Assembly (NCBI GenBank): GCA_016176285.1
Contig: JACOXM010000002.1
Location: 10,917-74,916 of the forward strand
Direction: 5' to 3'
DNA: 64,000 nucleotides
DNA from: Candidatus Giovannonibacteria bacterium
GTDB lineage: Bacteria > Patescibacteriota > Minisyncoccia > JACPKW01 > UBA11713
Positions 39,661 to 48,808 of this stretch are shown here, piece by piece (position 1 is the first letter of the stretch; the number at the start of each line of letters is the position of its first letter). Made by a program: the position numbers and the translations under genes. Under the pieces are notes generated by a model. It was not told the origin of the DNA. It saw nothing but the letters and a program-made list of their open reading frames with translations, and searched no databases.

Positions 39661-40200
39661 TTAAAACCTCCTTTTTAATTCATTATCCGACCATTTCCAT
39701 CGTAAAAGATATATAGAAATATTAGCTTCACTCATGGATTTTTCAAGCCATTTCTGGGGATCCCTTTTTTCTTTTTGAAGCTCTTCCATCCAAAGTATCC
39801 TACGGGCTTGCGGATATAAAACAAAATTCTTAAAATCCTCAACCGTCCAGCCGTAAAGATCGCCGATGGATTTCTCTAATTTAACGGAGTCCCTTTCGGA
39901 TATCGTACCATTAACGATTTTATCTTCCGTTTCACTGCTGCTGCCCGCCTTTTTTAGTTCATTTTTGATAAAAGCGTCTTCGATAAGTGAAAGCAGGATC
40001 CCCTTTTCAATATCCAAATCGGATGCATTTTCTCTGTTTAAATCTCGAAATCGGACTAAACCTTCCTTATTTTTTTTAAAATTTTCATAAGATAAATTCA
40101 CGCCCTGCGCCCTCAGGACAGGTAAAGAGTTGCGAACTTTAAAAAAAAGCGCGGTAAGCAATATTAGGCACAATAATGATACAACAAGCTTGCGATTCAT
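39661..40200 (-). CDS. SurA N-terminal-domain-like membrane-anchored protein
   Basis: TM, L..LIED..I, LYGW..EDFK..VL.PQ. Confidence 0.55.
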   Translation of the reverse strand: MNRKLVVSLLCLILLTALFFKVRNSLPVLRAQGVNLSYENFKKNKEGLVRFRDLNRENASDLDIEKGILLSLIEDAFIKNELKKAGSSSETEDKIVNGTISERDSVKLEKSIGDLYGWTVEDFKNFVLYPQARRILWMEELQKEKRDPQKWLEKSMSEANISIYLLRWKWSDNELKRRF

Positions 40201-40201
40201 C

Positions 40202-40582
40202 TTATCTGAAAATATTCTTAATATAGTCCCATAATCGCGCGATTGGCGGTTTCGCGGTTTCTTTGTCCTCCAGGGGCTTGTTTTCCACTATAACTAAAAC
40301 CTTCTCCCCTGGCGCTGTTTTATTAAAGCGTTTTTTTGCCTCTTTTTCCAGGTTATCCGGATCCCCCAAATATTTTATTTTTCCATCAATTCTTTCTTTC
40401 TGGGAAAGCAGTTTTTCGTATTCCGCTTCCGTACTTTTTTTGGCTTTGTAAGATTGGTATGCCCTTAAGCCGATATTTAGTGAGGCAACCAATAAGATTA
40501 GAACAAAAACTCCGAGTGCCGACAAAAAAATCCTCGAATGAAGAAATCTGTTGATTTTTTTTCGTTCTTGATAAATCTGCAT
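40202..40582 (-). CDS. Septum formation initiator (FtsB/DivIC family)
   Basis: TM, coiled coil, EKEAK.RF....PGEKV. Confidence 0.8.
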   Translation of the reverse strand: MQIYQERKKINRFLHSRIFLSALGVFVLILLVASLNIGLRAYQSYKAKKSTEAEYEKLLSQKERIDGKIKYLGDPDNLEKEAKKRFNKTAPGEKVLVIVENKPLEDKETAKPPIARLWDYIKNIFR

Positions 40583-40602
40583 ACTTAAACTAAAATTTTC
40601 TT

Positions 40603-40707
40603 ATGGCAACCCAACGCCAAAAAAGAAGAAATCAATTCATTTGGACTACTATAACTATTCTAGCTGTTTTATCGATGGTTGTTTACCTCTTTAATCCGGT
40701 TTTATAA
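40603..40707 (+). CDS. 34-aa single-TM peptide (not in ORF track)
   Basis: MATQRQKRRNQFIWTTITILAVLSMVVYLFNPVL; fills the gap between the ftsB-like gene and lepA. Confidence 0.55.
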   Translation: MATQRQKRRNQFIWTTITILAVLSMVVYLFNPVL

Positions 40708-42492
40708 TTATTTTTTTATCATCTGAACAAAAACATCCGGCGGGATTGTAAAGCGCGCCTCTTCCTCAAGGCGTTTTTTCCCCTCTTTCTGCTTTTTCCA
40801 TAATTTCATTTTTCTCGATCTGTCGCCCCCGTAAAGGTAGCCGGTAACATCTTTGCGCAAAGCTTTCAGCGTCCTTGAAGATAATATCCTTCCCATGGCT
40901 TTTGCCTGGATTTTGAGCGAGAAAAGCGCTTGTGGGAGAATTTTATATAATTTTTCCACGGCCCTCTCCGCTTCCTCCTCTACACGTTTCTTGGGAACAA
41001 TTTTCGAAAATGCTGGGACAATTTCATCAGCAATCAAAATATCAAGCCTCAAAAGATTTCCAGGGCGGTTTTCCAGAAATTCGTAATTTAAGGACGCATA
41101 ACCCTGCGAGACGCTTTTTAAATCGTCAAAAAAATCCCTCATCAGCTCCCGGAGAGGCATTTGCGCCTCAAGCTTCAAGCGCGATTCGGAAAATTTATGT
41201 GTTTCTCCTACTATCGCTTCATGCTCCTGCAAAAGTTTCAGCGCCGGTGAAATTTTTTCAGGCGGAAGAAGAATTTCGAGCTTCAGCCAAGGCTCTTCGA
41301 CCTCGAGAACCTCCCCCTCGTCCGGAAATTTGTGCGGCGAATATACTTCCATGGTATTTTTTTTAGTCTTGACGGAATAGCGCACGGTCGGCGTGGCTAC
41401 AATTGTTTTTACCCCAAAATCCCTTCTCAAGCGCTCAACCACTATTTCCAAATGCAGCATCCCCAAAAATCCGCAGCGAAATCCTCTTCCCAAAACTCCT
41501 GATGATTCTTCCTCAAAAGAAAGGGAGGCATCTGAAAGTTTCAGCCTCTCGAGCGATCTTCGAAGCTCTTCAAAATCATCCTGCTCTTCCGGGAATAAAG
41601 AAGAAAAAACTACGGGCTTTACATCTTTGTAGCCGGGCAAAGGCTCCAAAGACGGGTCAAGGACAGTATCGCCTACCCGCACTATTCTAGCCTCTTTAAT
41701 ACTTGTAACAACGTATCCTATTTCGCCTGCGGAAATTTTTTCAGACAGCTTTAACTCCGGCTTAAAAAACCCCGTCTCGCCGACAATAAAATCCTCGCGG
41801 GACGCGAATAAGCGCAAGCGCTCCCCCCTTTTTATTTCTCCGTCAAAAACTCGCACATGGGCGATAACGCCACGATGAAGGGAATAATCGAAATCAAATA
41901 TTAAGGCCCTTGTTTTCTTGGAAACCGAGTTTCCACTTGGAAACTCGGTTTCCAAGTGTTTCGGGGCAGGAATTTCTTTTATTATTTCGCTAAGTAAATT
42001 TTCAACCCCATCTCCCGTCCTCGCAGAAACTTTCAAAATTTTGGAAGATTCCCCTAATAAATTTCTTATTTCCTCCTCCGTTTCCTCCACCCTTGCGTGC
42101 GCAAGATCAATTTTATTAATCACCGGGATTATTTTCAGATTTTGCGCCCTCGCCTGTTCCACGGTTGAAAGCGTCTGCGCCTGCACCCCCTGCGTCGCGT
42201 CCACAAGCAAAACCGCCCCCTCCACAGCGGCAAGAGCTCTCGAAACTTCATAAGAAAAATCTATGTGCCCGGGGGTATCAATTAAATTTAAAATATAGCC
42301 CTTCCACTCCATCCTTACGGGCTGCATTTTTATCGTAATCCCGCGCTCCCGCTCCAGGGGCATCTGATCCAAAAACTGCTCCTTCATTTTCCGCGCTTCC
42401 ACGGTTTTCGTAACCTCAAGCATCCTATCCGCGAGAGTAGACTTACCGTGGTCAATATGGGCAATTATAGAAAAATTGCGTATTTCAGACAT
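40708..42492 (-). CDS. lepA: Elongation factor 4
   Basis: IRNFSIIAHIDHGKSTLADR, GFRCGFLG.LH, YGGD. Confidence 0.97.
   Translation of the reverse strand: MSEIRNFSIIAHIDHGKSTLADRMLEVTKTVEARKMKEQFLDQMPLERERGITIKMQPVRMEWKGYILNLIDTPGHIDFSYEVSRALAAVEGAVLLVDATQGVQAQTLSTVEQARAQNLKIIPVINKIDLAHARVEETEEEIRNLLGESSKILKVSARTGDGVENLLSEIIKEIPAPKHLETEFPSGNSVSKKTRALIFDFDYSLHRGVIAHVRVFDGEIKRGERLRLFASREDFIVGETGFFKPELKLSEKISAGEIGYVVTSIKEARIVRVGDTVLDPSLEPLPGYKDVKPVVFSSLFPEEQDDFEELRRSLERLKLSDASLSFEEESSGVLGRGFRCGFLGMLHLEIVVERLRRDFGVKTIVATPTVRYSVKTKKNTMEVYSPHKFPDEGEVLEVEEPWLKLEILLPPEKISPALKLLQEHEAIVGETHKFSESRLKLEAQMPLRELMRDFFDDLKSVSQGYASLNYEFLENRPGNLLRLDILIADEIVPAFSKIVPKKRVEEEAERAVEKLYKILPQALFSLKIQAKAMGRILSSRTLKALRKDVTGYLYGGDRSRKMKLWKKQKEGKKRLEEEARFTIPPDVFVQMIKK
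41917..41956. repeat. 40-bp palindrome inside lepA
   Basis: CTTGGAAACCGAGTTTCCA-CT-TGGAAACTCGGTTTCCAAG. Confidence 0.9.
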
Positions 42493-42587
42493 GACTAGAG
42501 TTTATATAAAAATTAAGAAATAAAAAAGGTACGAATATTAAAAACGCAAACCGTAAAAATACTTGCGATAGCAAACAAATTTACGAT

Positions 42588-44276
42588 TTATGGCAGCTTC
42601 TCCGGTTCGGAGGCGACGACAAATATCATCTTCCAAATCCTATCCCGGAATGCCTCATAGAATTCCGTGAATTCGCGGTTATTGAGCCACATTAATATGG
42701 CGCCTGCGAAGGCAAGGCCGAATATTCCCGCAATAAATCCCTGCAGAAAAATTCCTATAAACGTTTCTAAATTTAAGTAGGGGGCTAAAAGATTTAGGCT
42801 AACGTAAGAGACAATCCCCAAAACCGCGCTCGCGAGAACCGAATCGCGAAAAGACTTTGCCATAAATGAAAATGATTCTTCTTTATGAAAAATATTTTTG
42901 AATGATACGGCCAGAACAAGAAGGTTAATTAAACTCCCCAAGGAAACGGCTAAAGGCAGAACCAGAACCCCTCCCGCCCGAATGTCCCCAACTCTCAATA
43001 TTTCCAAAAACCACATGCGAAAAATTTCTGAATTATTAAAAAGATTTAGCAGCCACCAAGCGGAAAAAACCGTAACCGCAGAAGATATGATATTAACGAG
43101 TACAGGCAAAAAAGTGCGCCCGGCGGCGTAAAAAGCGCGTATATAAAGCATCATTAACCCCTGCGTAAGGATGGATAGCGCTAAAAGGAAAAGCGCCGCC
43201 GCGGTGAGTCTTGTATCAAGCCAGGAAAATGCCCCTACTCCTAGAATCACGCGGACAATTTGCGCACGCAAAATAATAAACATAACGGTTACGGGCAAAG
43301 ACCAGAAAAAAATGTGCCTGAATGCGAGCGAAAAATGGCCCAAGAAATCTTTATTTCCATTTTTTGCGTATGACGATGCGAGAGTCGGGAAAGCTGATAC
43401 GGAATAAGAAAGCGCAATAACTGAAAGCGGCACGGATTGAAGATTGAAAGCAAAATTCAAAATTGATACCGCACCCGCGCCTAAGGTGCTCGCGAAAGCC
43501 GTTATGACACTCATCACAATTTGGTTTAACGAAAGCCCGAGAGTCCTCGGTAATGAAAATTTCAAAAGCCTAATTACATCGTATGAAAATTTAGGCCTGC
43601 GGAATTTCAAAGAAAACCCCAAGGAAAAAAGCGTCGGAATTTGTATTGCAAAATGCATAACGGAACCTATTACAACACCCCAGACTATTCCTTCGATCCC
43701 CTTTGAAGGAACGAAAAAGATTATGCCGATTATTATTCCCAAATTATAGAAAAGGGGCGAGGCGGCATAGACATAAAACCTGCGGAATGACTGGATTACC
43801 GATGACAAAAGGTTCGAAAGCCCGAGAAAAAAGGGAGAAACAAGCAATAGGCGGCTTAAATTCACCACCTGAATTTTTTCTTCTCCGGAAAAACCTGGCG
43901 CAAAAAGCGGGACAAGCTCCTTCATAAAAATAAAAGCGAGAGAGACCAGCAAAACCGTGGCAATACTGAAAAATGAAAAAATATTTCCAAAAAATTCTTC
44001 GGCATCTTTCCTATCCTCGGAAATTTTTTTGAGAAGTACGGGAATAAGCGCAGTGGAAGCCGCAAAAAAAAGCGTGAGGGTGTAAATAAAGTCGGGTATT
44101 CTAAATGAGGCGTAATAAACATCAAGCGATCTTGATGCTCCAAATTCCGAAGCTAGAAGCCTGTCGCGAAAAAGCGAAAGAATATCCGCAAATATTCCAG
44201 CCAACGCCAAAACAAGAGCGGTTCTTGTGACGCTTTTAAGCTCACCCCCAAAAAGAGAAAATAATTTTTTAGCCAT
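42588..44276 (-). CDS. murJ: Lipid II flippase MurJ
   Basis: RD..LA..FGA..LD.Y.A.FRIPD, FAPGF. Confidence 0.9.
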   Translation of the reverse strand: MAKKLFSLFGGELKSVTRTALVLALAGIFADILSLFRDRLLASEFGASRSLDVYYASFRIPDFIYTLTLFFAASTALIPVLLKKISEDRKDAEEFFGNIFSFFSIATVLLVSLAFIFMKELVPLFAPGFSGEEKIQVVNLSRLLLVSPFFLGLSNLLSSVIQSFRRFYVYAASPLFYNLGIIIGIIFFVPSKGIEGIVWGVVIGSVMHFAIQIPTLFSLGFSLKFRRPKFSYDVIRLLKFSLPRTLGLSLNQIVMSVITAFASTLGAGAVSILNFAFNLQSVPLSVIALSYSVSAFPTLASSYAKNGNKDFLGHFSLAFRHIFFWSLPVTVMFIILRAQIVRVILGVGAFSWLDTRLTAAALFLLALSILTQGLMMLYIRAFYAAGRTFLPVLVNIISSAVTVFSAWWLLNLFNNSEIFRMWFLEILRVGDIRAGGVLVLPLAVSLGSLINLLVLAVSFKNIFHKEESFSFMAKSFRDSVLASAVLGIVSYVSLNLLAPYLNLETFIGIFLQGFIAGIFGLAFAGAILMWLNNREFTEFYEAFRDRIWKMIFVVASEPEKLP

Positions 44277-46591
44277 TATTGCTCGATTGGCGCGCCTTTT
44301 CTTTTTTCCGGCAATGGTCCTGGCGGAGAAATGCCCGCGAGGGGTTCCTTTCCTTCTGAAAGATTGGCTACGATTCTCCTGACTTCGCTATTATTAGGGT
44401 TGAGTTCGCCTATTTTTTTAAACTCGTCAAGCGCCTTTGGTTTGTCACCCTGTTTGTAATAGATAAGTCCGAGAAAATAACGCGCATTTGAATAATTAGG
44501 GGCAATACTAACCGCCCTCTCAAAGACAAACCTTGATTCGTTTAATTTATTTTCCTGATAATACAACAGACCCAACTGGAACAATACGCCTATGTCATTT
44601 GGCTGAAGAAAAGCTGTGGTTTCGGCGCTCTTTATTGCCAAATCAATATTCCCGGTTGTTGCCTCAAGTTGGGCAAGAAGAAAATGCGCCTGAGCATAAT
44701 CATTTTTAAGCCCGATGGCTTTTTTAAGGAAGTCGCGCGCGCGAGGAAGATCATTTTTCAAAATTTCCACCCTCGCCGAAGCAAGAAAAACATCAGGACT
44801 TGTCGGTGATTTCTCTGCTGCTTTGACATAAGAATCCTGCGCCCTCTCAACAACGCCCTGAATTTGAAACGGCATAACGGATTCAAAAACTCTGCCTAAG
44901 TTAATCCAATTTAATCCGTCAGCTGGATTTAGCTTTACCGCCTCGTCCGCATTTTGAATCGTTTGAGTAAGCGCATTCTGAAATTTTATCCTTATCTCAT
45001 CAGGATTTCCGCCAGACCCTACAATTTGCTGAAGCTTTAGCATGCCAAGATCAGTAAAACTTCTTAAATAAGCGTCTCTCTTATCGAATTTCAACGCGCG
45101 CCTGTACAGATCTTCCGTCTTTTCCAAATTGCCCGCGGCAAGTGCCTTATTTCCTTCTCCAAAAAGAATAGCCGCGTAATATTTTTGGGCCATAATAGAA
45201 AACCAAGAAGCGCCGAGAACAATCAGGAGAATTAACACAAGCGCGCCTATAAACCCCGCGCCGGAACGCTCAAATATAAAAATTTCATACTCTTCAATCA
45301 CGCCCTTTTCCATTGCCAAACCTACAAATAATCCGGTCAAAAGAAACATTGGAAAAATCAAAGAAAAACTTCCCGGATAGATGAAAGAAAAAATCCACAA
45401 ATATAAAGCCCCGCCAAAAGTAGCTAAAATCAAAAAGGATGAAGCCGCAGAGGATTTTATCAAAGATTTGAATCCGTAATACAAAAACATTCCAAGAAAT
45501 GCGAGCAGGGCTAACAGGCCTATAAGCCCAGACGTGACAAGGAGCGTAGGAATAAATCCAAAACCGGCGTTAAAACGAGTCTGCCAAAAAGGAGTTGATA
45601 AAATGTCCGAGGGGCGGAAATTAAACCAAGCATAGGTAAAGGTATTGGGCCCGTATCCGAAAGCCGCATTCCCTCCAAGAGACTTCGAAGCTGTTATCAT
45701 CGTAAATTCAAGATTCGGGCGGGCTTCCAAAAAAGTTATTCCGAAATTTTCCAGAAGGTCGGTTACGATACCTCCTGAAAAAATCATTATCAGGGAAAAT
45801 ATCAAAACAGCAAATGAAACTCTAAAAATGCTTTCGGAATTTCTCTTCCGGGAATAATGGTAAGCCAAAAAGATTGTTAGGATCACCGTAAGCACCCACC
45901 AGACAAAACTGAAATTCACTAGAATTGAAATAACCAAAGATAGGGCGAAAACAAACCACAGTGCGACTTTCACATAAGATTTGGGGACATATTCCAAGAA
46001 AATCGAAGAAAGCAAAAGAATAAGCCCGGAAAATATTCCAAGCTCATTCCAGGATCCGAAAAGATTAAATACTAAATCCTTTCCAAATAGCGCAATTGGC
46101 GGGACCCTCAAAATGGTCTGGAAAATCTGGAAGATCGCAAGAACGGCAAAAGAGCCAAAAAGAGCCAAAAATGCCCTAAAAACTTTTTCCTCCGCATCAA
46201 AAACTAGAAAACCAATAATCAGCGCCGAAATAAAAATCCCTATAGCGCTTAATGTCCCCGACTCTGAACCCAGACCCAAAAAAGAAACATGCGGAGATAC
46301 AGAAAGAAGACTCGACACCGCTAAACAGGCAAGAAATGCAAAAAGAAAAATTCCGGCAATTGTTTTTGGAATTTTAACCTTGCCCGACTGTAAAGTTGAA
46401 ATAAGATAAATAATTCCAGCCAAAAGCAACCCGAAGTAGATTAAATAGCTTTTATTTAAATCAACGGGCAAAATTGTGAGCGGAAGCGCAAAAAAAGAAA
46501 AAACGAATATCAACGAATACAGCAGCCATTCTGACGCCTTTGATCCTAGCCCTGTAACGTAAGCAACTTGTTCACGAAATCCATCCGCCAT
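44276..46591 (-). CDS. Polytopic membrane protein (O-antigen-ligase-like) with C-terminal TPRs
   Basis: About 12 TMs, FG.GPNTF, TPR repeats. Confidence 0.7.
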   Translation of the reverse strand: MADGFREQVAYVTGLGSKASEWLLYSLIFVFSFFALPLTILPVDLNKSYLIYFGLLLAGIIYLISTLQSGKVKIPKTIAGIFLFAFLACLAVSSLLSVSPHVSFLGLGSESGTLSAIGIFISALIIGFLVFDAEEKVFRAFLALFGSFAVLAIFQIFQTILRVPPIALFGKDLVFNLFGSWNELGIFSGLILLLSSIFLEYVPKSYVKVALWFVFALSLVISILVNFSFVWWVLTVILTIFLAYHYSRKRNSESIFRVSFAVLIFSLIMIFSGGIVTDLLENFGITFLEARPNLEFTMITASKSLGGNAAFGYGPNTFTYAWFNFRPSDILSTPFWQTRFNAGFGFIPTLLVTSGLIGLLALLAFLGMFLYYGFKSLIKSSAASSFLILATFGGALYLWIFSFIYPGSFSLIFPMFLLTGLFVGLAMEKGVIEEYEIFIFERSGAGFIGALVLILLIVLGASWFSIMAQKYYAAILFGEGNKALAAGNLEKTEDLYRRALKFDKRDAYLRSFTDLGMLKLQQIVGSGGNPDEIRIKFQNALTQTIQNADEAVKLNPADGLNWINLGRVFESVMPFQIQGVVERAQDSYVKAAEKSPTSPDVFLASARVEILKNDLPRARDFLKKAIGLKNDYAQAHFLLAQLEATTGNIDLAIKSAETTAFLQPNDIGVLFQLGLLYYQENKLNESRFVFERAVSIAPNYSNARYFLGLIYYKQGDKPKALDEFKKIGELNPNNSEVRRIVANLSEGKEPLAGISPPGPLPEKRKGAPIEQ

Positions 46592-46635
46592 AAAATTTCC
46601 TTACCAATTAACTAATGATATCATAATCCTATAAA

Positions 46636-46845
46636 ATGTCTGCGAGAGAGTATAGTGAATATCTGAAAATACAAGAAGCGGCTTTTTTTCTTGGGGTAAG
46701 CAACGCCACAATGCGCCTTTGGGATAAAAATAAAAAATTAGAACCTTCCAGGCATCCAAAAAGTAAATACAGGCTATATAAAATCAGCATTCTTCAGAAG
46801 TTTAAAGAAAAAAGAAAAAAGAAATATCACAAGTCAGACAAATAA
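46636..46845 (+). CDS. MerR-type/excisionase-like HTH protein
   Basis: I.EAA.FLGVS..T.R.WD...L...R.P...YRLY. Confidence 0.8.
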   Translation: MSAREYSEYLKIQEAAFFLGVSNATMRLWDKNKKLEPSRHPKSKYRLYKISILQKFKEKRKKKYHKSDK

Positions 46846-46883
46846 ATCAAAAACCGCTCCTTTAAAGAGCGGGTTTTTGATTT
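46844..46883. terminator. Bidirectional terminator
   Basis: AAATCAAAAACCGCTC...GAGCGGGTTTTTGATTT. Confidence 0.7.
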
Positions 46884-46886
46884 ATA

Positions 46887-47294
46887 GATACGCCTGTAAG
46901 CCGAATTCTGTTCACCTTCGCTTTTGCAAAGGATCGGCGATCATTTATCTCGAATCCATCTTGCGATGGAAGCTGAAGCGGCACTTCCCACTCGATATAT
47001 CGATATTCGAAATTTCGAGCGGGACACGGCCTTGCACCGGGCAGGGTTTTCCACGATATGGCGTTGCCGACATATCGATCCCGCTTTTAGCGGGAACTTT
47101 TCACCTTTTATCTCGACTTTATATCAAGATTAGTATTGTCTCTGTGGCACTATTCCCGTCCCGACTTGCATCGGGAGGTGGGCGTTACCCACTGCCTTTT
47201 TCATCAACAAGAAGGGATCTTGCCCTCGGCTTGTCGAAGGGTGTTCGGACTTTCCTCTCTAATTTTTTGAATTAGAGCGATCGCCAAGCGTATC
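46887..47294 (-). ncRNA. rnpB: RNase P RNA
   Basis: GAGGAAAGTCC, AGTGCCACAGA, GGTGCAAGG, AACAGAATTCGGCTTA; ends GATACGC/GCGTATC pair as P1. Confidence 0.95.
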
Positions 47295-47325
47295 AATTCG
47301 CATTATATACAAAAAACAGAAATTG

Positions 47326-48432
47326 TCAAATCTTCTTAGACCTTCTTAAAAAAGCCGGAATTGAATCCCATTCGGAGCTTTCCGGTTCGGAATTTTCCGC
47401 TTCTTCCGGGGAATTAGATTTTTCAATTCTGGCAAACTGCGAATCCTGGGAAAAAAGCGAAGCGTTTCTGCCGAAACTGTTAGGAAATCCCGAAGCAATT
47501 ACCGTTACTTTAACCTGCCCGTTCTTAAGCCTGTCGTCGCGTACCGCTCCGAAAATAATTTTCGCCTCCTTGTCCACATTTTCCGTTATCAGTTTGGCGG
47601 CTTCCTGCACTTCCCACATCGAAAGGTCTTCCTTTCCTGAAATCGTAAATAAAACTCCCTTAGCCCCTTCGGCGGAAACTTCAAGCAAAGGCGAATGTAT
47701 TGCGAGGCGCGCCGCTTCCTGCGCGCGGTTTTTACCCTGGGAAATTCCAATTCCAATTATTGCCGAACCTGAATTGGATAAAACCGTCCTCACGTCCGCA
47801 AAATCAACATTTATTATTCCCGGCGTTATGATCAAATCCGCAATTCCTTCCACGGCTTGCCGTAAAACTTCATCACACATCGCAAAAGCCTCCAAAAAAG
47901 GAGTGTCTCTTTCGACTATGTTTAAAAGCCGGTCATTGGGGATTACAATCATCGCGTCCACTGCTTTTCGCAAACGCACCAACCCTTCATCCGCAATACT
48001 TCTTCTGACATCTCCTTCGAAAGAAAATGGTTTCGTTACAATCGCAATCGTAAGCGCTCCTAAATTTTTTGCCGTCTCCGCAACAATCGGCGCACCTCCC
48101 GTACCGGTGCCGCCTCCAAAACCGCACGTTACAAATACCAAGTCAGCGCCCCTGACAAGTTCCTCAATTTCGCGCTTTGATTCCTCCGCAGCCATTCTTC
48201 CCAAATCCGGATTCATCCCCGCGCCAAGCCCCCGTGTAACTTCTTTCCCCATATGGAACTTTCTCGTAGCTAGGGAATTGTGAAGATCCTGGGCATCCGT
48301 ATTAATGGAAATAAAGTCCACTCCCTTTACTTTGGAACGAATCATGTGGTCCACTGCATTCTGTCCGGAACCACCGACTCCGATCACTTTTAGCCTTGCG
48401 GCTGTTTCAAATTCTGGCTTAACTTGCGGCAT
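47326..48432 (-). CDS. ftsZ: Cell division protein FtsZ
   Basis: GGGTGTG, NVDFAD, C-terminal IPAFLRR. Confidence 0.97.
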   Translation of the reverse strand: MPQVKPEFETAARLKVIGVGGSGQNAVDHMIRSKVKGVDFISINTDAQDLHNSLATRKFHMGKEVTRGLGAGMNPDLGRMAAEESKREIEELVRGADLVFVTCGFGGGTGTGGAPIVAETAKNLGALTIAIVTKPFSFEGDVRRSIADEGLVRLRKAVDAMIVIPNDRLLNIVERDTPFLEAFAMCDEVLRQAVEGIADLIITPGIINVDFADVRTVLSNSGSAIIGIGISQGKNRAQEAARLAIHSPLLEVSAEGAKGVLFTISGKEDLSMWEVQEAAKLITENVDKEAKIIFGAVRDDRLKNGQVKVTVIASGFPNSFGRNASLFSQDSQFARIEKSNSPEEAENSEPESSEWDSIPAFLRRSKKI

Positions 48433-48508
48433 AATATTAAATCGTATACCTAAGAGTAGCCTCCCCAAAAAAACCAGTCAAGGAGGATTTTTGAATTTAA
48501 TTTTTTAT

Positions 48509-48808
48509 CTATTTTACGCCCAAAACCGTTCTCAAGCGCAAGATTTCTTCTGATATAGCGTGTTCGATTTTGTCCGCGAGTCCGGGAACCCTTACGGCAA
48601 TTTGGGCCACCGTTTCCTCTAGATCAACTCCTTCATGAAGAGCATTTTGAATTTTGACCGCGTCTTCATCCGAAATATTCGAAACCAAAACGCTTATCAA
48701 AACTTCATTGAGCCTCTCATCAACTTTTTTTAAAATCTCCTCCCGGTCGTTCTCCGGAAGTTTTTCGAGATTCAAAGCTTCGGCAAGTTTATTTAGGTTT
48801 CTTGGCAT
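48509..48808 (-). CDS. Small acidic helical protein (DUF5663-like)
   Basis: L.L..LPE..REE.L.K...L; family call from memory. Confidence 0.5.
   Translation of the reverse strand: MPRNLNKLAEALNLEKLPENDREEILKKVDERLNEVLISVLVSNISDEDAVKIQNALHEGVDLEETVAQIAVRVPGLADKIEHAISEEILRLRTVLGVK

Noticed and set aside
39414-39716. 100-aa ORF
   Set aside because: Antisense to the tRNA cluster
46877-47275. ORFs 46877-47275 and 46924-47133
   Set aside because: Antisense to RNase P RNA
47570-48283. Long antisense ORFs (e.g. opposite ftsZ, ychF, the surface gene)
   Set aside because: Shadows of well-supported genes with no motifs of their own
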